This document shows, in pieces, positions 42,570 to 52,951 of a stretch of DNA of 64,000 nucleotides. The notes below the pieces were generated by a model. It did not search any database and was not told the origin of the DNA. It worked only from the letters and a program-made list of their open reading frames with translations. The stretch covers positions 73,661-137,660 of the forward strand of contig JBHJGN010000001.1 in the NCBI GenBank assembly GCA_050331735.1, given 5' to 3'. The position numbers and the translations under genes were made by a program. Origin of the DNA: Cyanophyceae cyanobacterium (GTDB lineage: Bacteria > Cyanobacteriota > Cyanobacteriia > Cyanobacteriales > JBHJGN01). Within the stretch, counting starts at the first letter, position 1, and every line of letters starts with the position of its first letter.

Positions 42570-42700
42570 CTAAAGAGTCCTCGCGCCAAAACACACAACA
42601 CGAAAACCGACAACGTAGAAGCGGGCGTCCGGATCGTTGTTGCGGCGAATCGCAGAACGGCAGAGCTCTGGAAGGTTGTACCACGAACCACCGCGCAACG
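42570..42700 (-). repeat. DGR variable region A
   Basis: TTGCGCGGTGGTTCGTGG...GGTTTTCGTGTTGTGTGT..GGCGCGAGGACTCTTTAG; NNY codon variation relative to B and C. Confidence 0.8.
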
Positions 42701-45260
42701 TCCTTAAAGCGCTTTCATCGTCAGTTAACCAAGGTTTATTGCCATTTTGCTTGAGTCCCTCCGGTTTTTCTTGATAGCTATTGTGCCAATGGTCTAAACA
42801 CCATTCCCACACATTTCCGTGCATGTCATATAAGCCAAAAGCGTTAGCCGGATATTCTCCGACTGAACTTGTTTCGTTTTCCTTGCTTTCAGAATAGTTC
42901 ACTAGCTCTGGCGTAACTGTGTCCCCGAAATAATAGGATGTTGTTGTCCCCGCACGGCAAGCATATTCCCACTCGGCTTCAGTGGGCAAGCGATATTCTC
43001 TGTTGGTATGGCGAGAGAGGCGATCGCAAAACTCAACCGCGTCGTACCAGCTCACGTTCTCGACTGGGCGGTTGTCGCTCTTAAAATCTGATGGATCTGT
43101 CTCCAGCGCTCGATTGACTTCGGGTAAAGAGGCAACGACTTGCCACTGCGCCTGAGTAATTGGATATTTACTGATGAAGAAATCAGAAACCGTTACCTCA
43201 TGTTGCGGTTCTTCATCGCGATAGTGACCCGCTTCATCTTTGGGAGATCCCATCAAAAAGCTTTCTCCCAAAACCGCCACCATCTCTAGCTGAATCTCAT
43301 CGCTAATCCGCTCTATCCGCTGCCAGCCGAAGCCAGAAGACTTTGTAATTAGCCATTCTTGTTCGCGTCCAAACGAAAACCACGACCTCGGCTTTGGCTC
43401 AATCTTGGCTGTTTCAAACTCGAACCGTTGCAGAGCTTCTAGCTCAACTTCTTCAACCACAAACTCATGAGGCAACCATTGCGGCCATTCCTCTGGGATA
43501 AGTTGCGCTGTCTCGAACTCCAGAATTTTTAGCGTCGGGAATCCGGGGAACTGGGTTTCTTCCCACGAACCCATCCGAAATTCTCGCGCGAGTTCTCTGT
43601 ACTCGCCTCCAAGACGTTCAAGAATACTTGCCGTTACGCTTGCAAACGACTTTAAACTCCCGTCTTCCGACTCGTTTTGCTCAGGGGACAATAAAACCGA
43701 CTTAAACTGCTGCAACGAGGCATAGCCTAACCGCTGTGCTATATATAACGACACGGCATTGATAATTTCAATGGCATCCACCGGGGGCAGCATCTTTAAT
43801 AGAGCTTCCCGTACCCCACGAACAAAATCGTATTGCACCAACTCTGGATCGATATCGCCAGCTTGGTCGGGTAACCGATGAAGCAGTCCGCTCAAAAAAA
43901 CTTCTGCCACTGGCAAAGGCGACATTTTTGACATCATTGAGGCCCGGATTAAGCGCATGACTGGCAGAGTAATGACCGGAGCGGCGGCCAGCAGAGTGAT
44001 TAACTGCCGTGCCTGTGGCGATGACAGCATCCGAAACTGCTGAATGCGATCGCGGGATAACTTGGCTAGCTCTTCTCCCAGCCACTGCTCGCGTTCAGCC
44101 TCGGTTAACTCTCCCGGCGGACGTTCCCGAAAGCGCTTGTTTACCTCGTCCTCAGACGACGGTGCTTGTGGGACACTCCCTCCCTGCTGGGGCAATAAAA
44201 ATCCCGCCGTCACCTCTTGACCATCACCGGAGAGCACTTTGCTCCAGGCGGCCACGTCTTCGGTGGCTGAAGTAAACACCGGAACGGGGATGCCGCGAAC
44301 CTCCTCTTCCTCTACAAAAAGGTCGAGTCCGATCGCTTCAGCTTCCAGTTGAGAGTTGACAGCACCGGAGAGGGAATTACGCAGAGCAACATAAGTACCG
44401 CGCCCCAGGGCCGTTCGCTCCCACATCCATTCCGGCAGCACCTGCCAGATCGCCGTTGGCATTGCGCCTGCCCACAGCTTCAAAACCGCTAACATCCTGT
44501 CATCCCACCAGTAATCAGCGACGCAATCGCTTAGAATAATCACGATGCGCCGACCGTTAGGAGAAACCAGTTCTCGGGCCGTATGCGGGGGGCGATCTGG
44601 ATGCGATCGCAATACAATTGCCCCAGCCTCGGTTTCGAGTTCCCAGCGTCGAAGGTCGCGAAAGGCTCCGTAATGCTTTAAGAGTTGTTGGAGATCGTCG
44701 GCTAAGCGCTTCCACAAATTCATCGAGGAGCTGCGATCGACGATGAGGGCGATCTCAAACCACGGTTCGAGGTTTGGTTGAAGCACTGGCGACCAAACCC
44801 TAGTTTCCACGATGCGATCGACCGTTTCCGCCTCATCAATCTGCTCTCCTAACCCCGTTGGAACTTGCTTGAGAAGCGGTCGCAGCGCCCGAATTAAATC
44901 CATTGGGTTGTCCAGCAGCGGCGGATCGGCAACCCACAGAGGAAGCGCTTTTTGAGGAAGGGGCTTAGCCGTCGGACGTGGAGGAGGTGGAATTATGGGA
45001 ATCTGTGGATCTGGTGGCTCATTATCTTTTCCATTGACTTTGCTATCGCGAGGTGGAGCAGGTGGAGGTGGAGGTGGTGGAGGGCCTGGATCAGGTAGAG
45101 GTGAAGGGTCTGGATCAGGTAGAGAAGTTTCTTCCGGCTGTTTTTCCTCCTGTTTGTCTCTTGGCTGAATGCGCGTTGTCAACCACAGGACTTCTGCAAT
45201 ATTAGTTGCATCGAGCTGCTCGTCTTTGGCTAAGGCAGCAATCAGCCGTTCGACATTCAT
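42570..45260 (-). CDS. vWA component of ternary conflict system (SAV_2336-like N-terminus, Pro-rich linker, vWA) fused to C-terminal FGE-sulfatase/CLec domain
   Basis: IAEVLWL, poly-Pro linker, MIDAS-like IVDRSSSM, IILSDCV, FGE motifs [15 protein letters not shown] and GNVWEWC. Confidence 0.88.
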   Translation of the reverse strand: MNVERLIAALAKDEQLDATNIAEVLWLTTRIQPRDKQEEKQPEETSLPDPDPSPLPDPGPPPPPPPPAPPRDSKVNGKDNEPPDPQIPIIPPPPRPTAKPLPQKALPLWVADPPLLDNPMDLIRALRPLLKQVPTGLGEQIDEAETVDRIVETRVWSPVLQPNLEPWFEIALIVDRSSSMNLWKRLADDLQQLLKHYGAFRDLRRWELETEAGAIVLRSHPDRPPHTARELVSPNGRRIVIILSDCVADYWWDDRMLAVLKLWAGAMPTAIWQVLPEWMWERTALGRGTYVALRNSLSGAVNSQLEAEAIGLDLFVEEEEVRGIPVPVFTSATEDVAAWSKVLSGDGQEVTAGFLLPQQGGSVPQAPSSEDEVNKRFRERPPGELTEAEREQWLGEELAKLSRDRIQQFRMLSSPQARQLITLLAAAPVITLPVMRLIRASMMSKMSPLPVAEVFLSGLLHRLPDQAGDIDPELVQYDFVRGVREALLKMLPPVDAIEIINAVSLYIAQRLGYASLQQFKSVLLSPEQNESEDGSLKSFASVTASILERLGGEYRELAREFRMGSWEETQFPGFPTLKILEFETAQLIPEEWPQWLPHEFVVEEVELEALQRFEFETAKIEPKPRSWFSFGREQEWLITKSSGFGWQRIERISDEIQLEMVAVLGESFLMGSPKDEAGHYRDEEPQHEVTVSDFFISKYPITQAQWQVVASLPEVNRALETDPSDFKSDNRPVENVSWYDAVEFCDRLSRHTNREYRLPTEAEWEYACRAGTTTSYYFGDTVTPELVNYSESKENETSSVGEYPANAFGLYDMHGNVWEWCLDHWHNSYQEKPEGLKQNGNKPWLTDDESALRTLRGGSWYNLPELCRSAIRRNNDPDARFYVVGFRVVCFGARTL

Positions 45261-46420
45261 TAGTCGGCCTCACTTAAGCGCTTAAACAGAAGCTGTCTGA
45301 GCTTCTCCATCTCCATTTCGCTAGGACCAGGATCGCGAGTAATCAGGTAAACGGCATTGAGCAACTGGTCAGTGGCGCGATCGGCTTTATTGCCTCCTTC
45401 GAGAAACTTTTTAATGAGTGGTTCGAGCTGCGGTTTCAGCGTTTTCCAGTTATCTTCGCCAAAACGGGACTCGATAATCGGATAGAGCGATTCGAGGGTT
45501 GGATCGGGCATTCTGACTCGCAGACAGCGCCGCCGAAACGCCGGAGGAAAGTCGCGTTCGCCATTACTGGTCATCACCACGAAGGGGAACTCGCAGCACT
45601 CGATGCGTCCTTCTGTAATGGTCGCGCTTAAATCTTTATCTTCGGTTAAAACAGTAACCTGCCTCTCAATTCTTTTGCGTCGTACCAGTTCAGGAATCTC
45701 AAACTGACCTTCCTCAAACAGATTGAGCAGATCGTTCGGAAGATTGAGATCGCTTTTATCGATTTCGTCAATGAGAAGAACTCGCGGTCGCCGGGAGGAA
45801 AGGAAAGCGGTTCCGACTGGTCCGAGTTGGATATAGTCCCCCAAGCTGCGTTCCTCTCGACTCGGTTTCTCTTGACTCTCTAATTGGACAATTGCCTCGC
45901 TGTCGGTTTGGTCGAGCTGACTGCCTCGCTGTCGAGCCATCAGTTCTAAAACTTGGGAGGTCGTTGTCTCGCTGCGGGTTTGATCGAGCTGAGCATCTTG
46001 CAGCCGCGCGATCGCATCATAGCGATAAAGGGCATCTTTAAGGGTCGCTCGCGCCGTTACGGGCCAGACTAAAACTGGACCGAGTTGAAGTTCGTAGGCG
46101 ACTGCATAGGCTAAAGACGTTTTTCCCGAACCGGGAACTCCCGTGATCAGCAAGGGACGGCGTAGATGCAAAGCTGCATTAACAGCATCAACAATTTCTG
46201 AATCACCATTTTTATCTTTCTGAATGCGAAAACTCTTTCCCCTCTCAATAGCACGGTTTTCTTCCTTCGCTCTTTCATGCAGCTTGTCCCAGCGTTTGTT
46301 GTCTTTCTTCTCATCGACTTGTTCGCGGGGAAGAAACTCTCGCCAGGGAGGGCGATCGGGAATTTCTACGAGTGGATTGGGGGTGTCGCCGCAGTTGCCG
46401 TGAAAGTGTTTCCAAGTCAT
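45260..46420 (-). CDS. MoxR-type AAA+ ATPase of ternary system
   Basis: AVNAALHLRRPLLITGVPGSGKTS, LLIDEIDKSD..LPNDLL, TSNGERDFPPAFRRRC; TAATG overlap with the vWA gene. Confidence 0.92.
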   Translation of the reverse strand: MTWKHFHGNCGDTPNPLVEIPDRPPWREFLPREQVDEKKDNKRWDKLHERAKEENRAIERGKSFRIQKDKNGDSEIVDAVNAALHLRRPLLITGVPGSGKTSLAYAVAYELQLGPVLVWPVTARATLKDALYRYDAIARLQDAQLDQTRSETTTSQVLELMARQRGSQLDQTDSEAIVQLESQEKPSREERSLGDYIQLGPVGTAFLSSRRPRVLLIDEIDKSDLNLPNDLLNLFEEGQFEIPELVRRKRIERQVTVLTEDKDLSATITEGRIECCEFPFVVMTSNGERDFPPAFRRRCLRVRMPDPTLESLYPIIESRFGEDNWKTLKPQLEPLIKKFLEGGNKADRATDQLLNAVYLITRDPGPSEMEMEKLRQLLFKRLSEAD

Positions 46421-46441
46421 AGGAGCTATAGAGGTAAATAA

Positions 46442-47914
46442 TCAAGGAGCAACGCGATCCGGTGAGTAGAGGGGACGTTCGTTAGTAGGAATCGTTGGCA
46501 AGCGATCGGGGTTGTCGCAAAGAATTCCTAGAGTCTGAATAGGATTAGCTGATGTTGCTAGTCTTTTTTCCTGAATTGACTGAGCCAGTTGTGCAACTTC
46601 TCTGAGGTTGTCTGCGATGAGAAGAGAATCGAACGCCTCACAAATCTCGTCTCGATCGAAGTCCGCACAGTGCGTCCACAAAACAATCGGCATCTGGGAG
46701 AGGATTAATTGCTTCAAGGCTTCCTTGCGAGCAACAGAATCATCCGGTAAACCCGAAATTACTTTTGCTCCTACCTTTCCAGAAATCAACTGCCCTGCAA
46801 AGGTATCTTGGCTACTAGAAAAATCAACTTCAATAAACTCCTGGCAGACTGAATTAGCTGTCAGGCACTTTTGCAGACGTTGCCAACCTTCTCTTACTTT
46901 CAGAAGCAGAAGTGGATGAGTAGCTCGTTCAAGCGAACGAACCAGTAATCTATAGCGATCGCCTAGCTTAGAGATTTCTTGCAACTCATCTAAAGCTTCC
47001 CATTCAAAGACTTGTTCTTCTAGAAGATCCCTGGGGAGAAAAATTTCCAGAACAGCCTGATGGGAGATTTCTTTTTCGAGCAATATCGATGCAGCTTGGT
47101 CTAGCCACGAATACAAAGGATTTGCCAATAGCTTGTCTACGTCCACCAGCTTACCGTTTGGGAGTTCGCAGGAAAATCCTCTCATTCCGTCAGAATCGCT
47201 ATCGAGGGGGTGTGGTTGTCCTGCCAAGTGCAGCTCGGCAAATAACTGTACTGACTTGGCTTTACGCACAAGGGCAACTAAGACATAACCGTGGAGGGAA
47301 GTTAGCTTTGGGGGAACGGTGATGTTATGCTTCCTAACAAGATTGTCTCGCCAACTTCTCAGCTCATCAAAATTTCTTTGAGTTTGCTTGGTGATAATTT
47401 CGATGGCACTATCTATAAAGGCAACGGTCAGTTCAGGGCTGTCGTACTTACTAAAAATTTGGCGAAAACTCTTCAAGTCATTGAGGGATGGATGATCTCG
47501 GAAAACCTCCCTTAGCGATCGCTGGTAATGAGAGAGAAATGCAGCTTTGCACGCGACTTCTAGCGCGGCGCGATCACCTGGTTGAAATTGATTTAATACC
47601 CAATCCCACTCCTGCTGCGAAATTTTTTGTGTTGGCGCAGCGACTATGGAGCCATCCCTCAGCTCGGCTATTTTAGGGTCGTCAGGATGACTGACAGAGA
47701 CCTTCAAGAATAGTTCGTCAAGGCGATTTTCTCGTTTTGCCCATTTGATCAGATCGAATGCTTTATCTCCTAAATCCCCTGATTCAGGAGCAATGGTATT
47801 TAGCTCCTCCACATTCATCAGATCGCTTAATCTCTCCAACTTTTTTGATGTAGGGTAGCAATTAATTATTGCCTGACGAAATTTTTCTCTTCTTTCCCCA
47901 TTCCACTTCCTCAT
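46442..47914 (-). CDS. EAD1-VMAP (vWA-MoxR-associated protein)
   Basis: N-terminal EAD1-like (FRQAIINCYP...AFDLIKWA...RLDEL); VMAP-C-like LEIFLPRDLL..W, LLVRSLER, PIVLW, ILCDNPDRLP. Confidence 0.8.
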   Translation of the reverse strand: MRKWNGERREKFRQAIINCYPTSKKLERLSDLMNVEELNTIAPESGDLGDKAFDLIKWAKRENRLDELFLKVSVSHPDDPKIAELRDGSIVAAPTQKISQQEWDWVLNQFQPGDRAALEVACKAAFLSHYQRSLREVFRDHPSLNDLKSFRQIFSKYDSPELTVAFIDSAIEIITKQTQRNFDELRSWRDNLVRKHNITVPPKLTSLHGYVLVALVRKAKSVQLFAELHLAGQPHPLDSDSDGMRGFSCELPNGKLVDVDKLLANPLYSWLDQAASILLEKEISHQAVLEIFLPRDLLEEQVFEWEALDELQEISKLGDRYRLLVRSLERATHPLLLLKVREGWQRLQKCLTANSVCQEFIEVDFSSSQDTFAGQLISGKVGAKVISGLPDDSVARKEALKQLILSQMPIVLWTHCADFDRDEICEAFDSLLIADNLREVAQLAQSIQEKRLATSANPIQTLGILCDNPDRLPTIPTNERPLYSPDRVAP

Positions 47915-47921
47915 AAGCTAG

Positions 47922-48335
47922 CTATCGTTCTAATGGTGGTAACAATGGAATTGCACTGGCGTAAATGAGCAGTAAAAATGACCCGTAAAACGGCTGATAA
48001 AAATCTAGCGTCTCAAATGGTCCGCCGATGGCAAATACCCAAACGGCAAACGACGCACAAGATAGCCAAATTTGCTGCCAAGCCGTTGGTTTACCCGATT
48101 CCGCCGTCTGTTTTCGCGTCCAGAAATAGGAAAATACGAGTCCAGCTCCAAACAGCATCCAGAGGAACAAAGGTTTTGGGATATCGTTTCCCTGGCTTTG
48201 AATTAAGCCGTTGCCTGCCAGCCACAGCCCGACTACATCGGCAGGAATATACTTAAGGAGACGGTCGAAATAACCATCAATACTTTTATTTTCTCCTCCT
48301 GACTGGTACTGCTGCCAGACGATACGACGGCTCAT
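47922..48335 (-). CDS. Uncharacterised 4-TM membrane protein in the conflict operon
   Basis: 137 aa from ATG 48335 after RBS GAGGAG; YFDRLLKYIPADVV plus four hydrophobic segments; 7-nt gaps to both neighbours. Confidence 0.8.
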   Translation of the reverse strand: MSRRIVWQQYQSGGENKSIDGYFDRLLKYIPADVVGLWLAGNGLIQSQGNDIPKPLFLWMLFGAGLVFSYFWTRKQTAESGKPTAWQQIWLSCASFAVWVFAIGGPFETLDFYQPFYGSFLLLIYASAIPLLPPLER

Positions 48336-48342
48336 CTTCTCC

Positions 48343-49401
48343 TCACTGCAAAAATGGTGCGATTTCTTGGTAGATCGATTGAAATAAAATGCCCTCGCGG
48401 ATGCTCCCAAAACCCCGCGACATCGATAGGTGATGCAGCGCTATCAACTGCCAGCGCTCGTTAAAGCAGGGCGAACCGCTCGATCCTTTCTTTGTCCGGT
48501 TCACGTACCAGATGCGATCGCGTTCTAGAGCGAAACCGACGACTCCGCTATCGCTGAGGGAAACCTGCATCAGCTCTCCTTCGGGATGCTGAAGAACATA
48601 TAAACCTTTTTTAGGTTCTGGTAAGGTAGCAGTAGAAACATAAACGAGAGGTTTAATGTGGTTTGCTTCAGCGATCGCTGCTTCAGCCCGCAATAAGACG
48701 TAATCGAGACTTGATATTGGGCTAAAGGCAACGACGGGCTTTTCCACTGCTACCGCATAGACCTCCGGGCGCACGGGAGTTTCGCGTTCTTCACTAACGT
48801 AACCAAACTCAAAACAGAGCGATCGCGCTAGGTGGTTGAGGCGTTTGGAATCTACTGTTTCCTCTGTCAGAACGTGATAATTGGTCAGAATTAAATCGGC
48901 AGCAACCAGGACTCCGGTTCCGGTGCGATCGCTATCGGTAAAAACTACTTTGCAAATTGAATCAGCACACTGCAAACCTCGCTTAAGCTGACCAACATCT
49001 GTCTCAAAAGAAAGCGCTCGCGCTGGGAAGAAGGCTTCGAGTTCAGTATCGGTCGTCGGACCTTGCCAGTCGAATGGTCGGCTAATGACTTCTGTGATCC
49101 CTTCTCCGTTGAGAACGAGATGCTCTTGCAATAAGTCCTGAACTCGCTGATAAAACTGACGAACATCTGGATTGTTAGACTTTTGCTGATAGAGAGAGAC
49201 AATCAGCTCAACTAACTTGTTTTCCCTCCTCGCCCAATCGACAAGATCGAACGCAGCATCGGTCGTATCGCTCTCACTGGCAATTTCATTGAGATCGACA
49301 TCCAAACTATCAGCAAAAATTTGGATCTTTTTGCGGGAGGCAAAAGCTTTCGTAATCGCATTGCGGAGCTGATTGCGATCGCTACCCGATAACTTCAACA
49401 T
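48343..49401 (-). CDS. EAD1-trypsin-like serine protease
   Basis: EAD1-like LRNAITKAF...AFDLVDWA; triad GTGVLV..LTNYHV (H), LDYVLL (D), GSSGSP (S). Confidence 0.88.
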   Translation of the reverse strand: MLKLSGSDRNQLRNAITKAFASRKKIQIFADSLDVDLNEIASESDTTDAAFDLVDWARRENKLVELIVSLYQQKSNNPDVRQFYQRVQDLLQEHLVLNGEGITEVISRPFDWQGPTTDTELEAFFPARALSFETDVGQLKRGLQCADSICKVVFTDSDRTGTGVLVAADLILTNYHVLTEETVDSKRLNHLARSLCFEFGYVSEERETPVRPEVYAVAVEKPVVAFSPISSLDYVLLRAEAAIAEANHIKPLVYVSTATLPEPKKGLYVLQHPEGELMQVSLSDSGVVGFALERDRIWYVNRTKKGSSGSPCFNERWQLIALHHLSMSRGFGSIREGILFQSIYQEIAPFLQ

Positions 49402-49664
49402 CAGCGACCTCCAAAACAGGATTTTAGGATGTTGAACCGCCGCTCGTTCTCTGCGACCCGTTTACTCAAAGCATCTGCTGGCTGCAACTGTTATGGAAAA
49501 GAATATCATTCATGGGTGAGAAGTCAAATAAGAATGCCTTTTAGTGCAATTAATTGCGGTCAAAGGAAAATTTAGATCTGCTCGGTCATGTTTATGTCTG
49601 CATCCGAAAACCCCTCAAAACGGGGTAGCTTTAAAGCATTACTGACCTTGAATGATTCACCACA

Positions 49665-50483
49665 ATGACAAAACTAATTATCCGACGGCAGCAAGGAAAA
49701 GCCCGGTACTACACTGAGGATCTAGGGGGTGGAGTCGGACTAGACATGATTCTTATCCCTAGCGGTAGTTTCTTGATGGGAACGGAAGATCGAGAAATCG
49801 ACAGACTTTGTGAAACTTACAGCAGTGAGCATTTTAGAACTGAAGGACCACAACATCGAGTAACCCTCCCCACTTTCTTTTTTATAGGACGTTATCCCAT
49901 TACTCAAGCACAGTGGCGAGCCGTCGCTTCTTTACCTTTAATCAATCGGAAGCTAGAGCCAGATCCATCAATATTTGAGGGAGACAATCGTCCAGTCGAG
50001 AACGTGAGCTGGTACGAAGCGGTAGAGTTTTGCGATCGCCTCTCTCGCCACACCGGAAGGGAATATCGGTTGCCCACCGAAGCTGAGTGGGAATATGTTT
50101 GCCGTGCAGGGACAACAACACCCTATTATTTCGGGGACACAATCACGTCAGAGTTGGCAAACTATGAAAGAAATCGAGAAGAGACAAGTCCAGTCGAAGA
50201 ATACCCAGCCAACGCTTTTGGCATTTCTGATATGCACGGGAATGTGTGGGAGTGGTGTCTAGACCACTGGCACGATAGCTATAAAGACACACTAGAGGAA
50301 TTAAAGCAAAATGGCAATAAACGGCTGACTGGTAAGAAAAGCGCTAATAGAACGTTGCGCGGCGGTTCATGGTCCTACACTCCAGAGGCCTGCCGTTCTG
50401 CGTTTCGCAACTACGACTATCCGGACCTCCGCAACGACATTATCGGTTTTCGAGTTGTGTGTAGTGGCGCGAGGACTCTTTAG
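49665..50483 (+). CDS. Stand-alone FGE-sulfatase/CLec protein, putative DGR target (copy C)
   Basis: [30 protein letters not shown]...GFRVVCSGARTL. Confidence 0.9.
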   Translation: MTKLIIRRQQGKARYYTEDLGGGVGLDMILIPSGSFLMGTEDREIDRLCETYSSEHFRTEGPQHRVTLPTFFFIGRYPITQAQWRAVASLPLINRKLEPDPSIFEGDNRPVENVSWYEAVEFCDRLSRHTGREYRLPTEAEWEYVCRAGTTTPYYFGDTITSELANYERNREETSPVEEYPANAFGISDMHGNVWEWCLDHWHDSYKDTLEELKQNGNKRLTGKKSANRTLRGGSWSYTPEACRSAFRNYDYPDLRNDIIGFRVVCSGARTL

Positions 50484-50520
50484 CCCTTTCCCCTCTTGTT
50501 CTTTTGCCCTTTTCCCTTCT
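50355..50520 (+). repeat. DGR variable region C with IMH-like pyrimidine tail
   Basis: Aligns with VR A and VR B; GGCGCGAGGACTCTTTAGCCCTTT identical to A. Confidence 0.8.
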
Positions 50521-50622
50521 TTGGTTCAGTCCCAGATTTAACAAAGCTGGCAATTCTAACTTTCAGCATTCCGGCAATTCACGCAGTCTAAAAATTAAGC
50601 TCACCGTTTATGATCGTCAATT

Positions 50623-51132
50623 ATGCAGGGGCAATTCACCGTGAAGACTCGTTCAGCCACCCAAGTACTCTTCGAGACCGATTATTACCAATGGACGCAA
50701 GGAACTGTTAAGCATCTCCAGAACCGGGATGTTGAAAACCTAGATTGGGAACATTTAATCGAGGAAGTCGAGCTATTGGGCATTAGCGCTAAGAATACCG
50801 TTAAAGGTTCTCTAGAAGTGCTACTCGTGCATCTTCTGTATTACCAATACTGGTATAACCGCCGGGAATACTTAACCGAAGGATGGGCGGATGAAATCGA
50901 AGAATTTCGCTCCCAATTTGAAAAGAGCCTTGCATCTCGGAGCCTCTATAATTACATGCTAACGATTCTCGACCAAACCTACGCCAAAGCAAAGCGGAGA
51001 GCAGTGAGAAGGTTTGTCAGGGCTAAGCTCATACCTCCCCAGTTTCCCGACCAATGCCCCTACAGCATCGCGCAACTATTCGATGAAAACTACTTTCCAG
51101 AGTTTAAGTCAGAGCTAGAATCAAGCGACTGA
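50623..51132 (+). CDS. DUF29 family protein
   Basis: FETDYYQW, LDWEHLIEEVE, LLVHLL, FPDQCPYS. Confidence 0.9.
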   Translation: MQGQFTVKTRSATQVLFETDYYQWTQGTVKHLQNRDVENLDWEHLIEEVELLGISAKNTVKGSLEVLLVHLLYYQYWYNRREYLTEGWADEIEEFRSQFEKSLASRSLYNYMLTILDQTYAKAKRRAVRRFVRAKLIPPQFPDQCPYSIAQLFDENYFPEFKSELESSD

Positions 51133-51273
51133 TCGAAACAATTTATTCTCATATAGTGCAATTCACAAAGATTTTAGTTTCGTGACCAACAATAATGGTG
51201 GCGATCACTTCGCTTTCGCTACTTTTATGGAGGGTGCGCTACCAAACGAGTAACGCATCCCCTATTACTAAAA

Positions 51274-52923
<1,650 letters not shown>

Positions 52924-52951
52924 TCAGTGCGGTGGCGATGAATGTCGATGA

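Noticed and set aside
44980..45130. GGT/GGA-rich repeat tract
   Set aside because: Encodes the proline-rich linker of the vWA protein
41400..50620. A complete, autonomous DGR
   Set aside because: No reverse transcriptase ORF and no AAC-rich template repeat found in the window; only targets and an avd fragment
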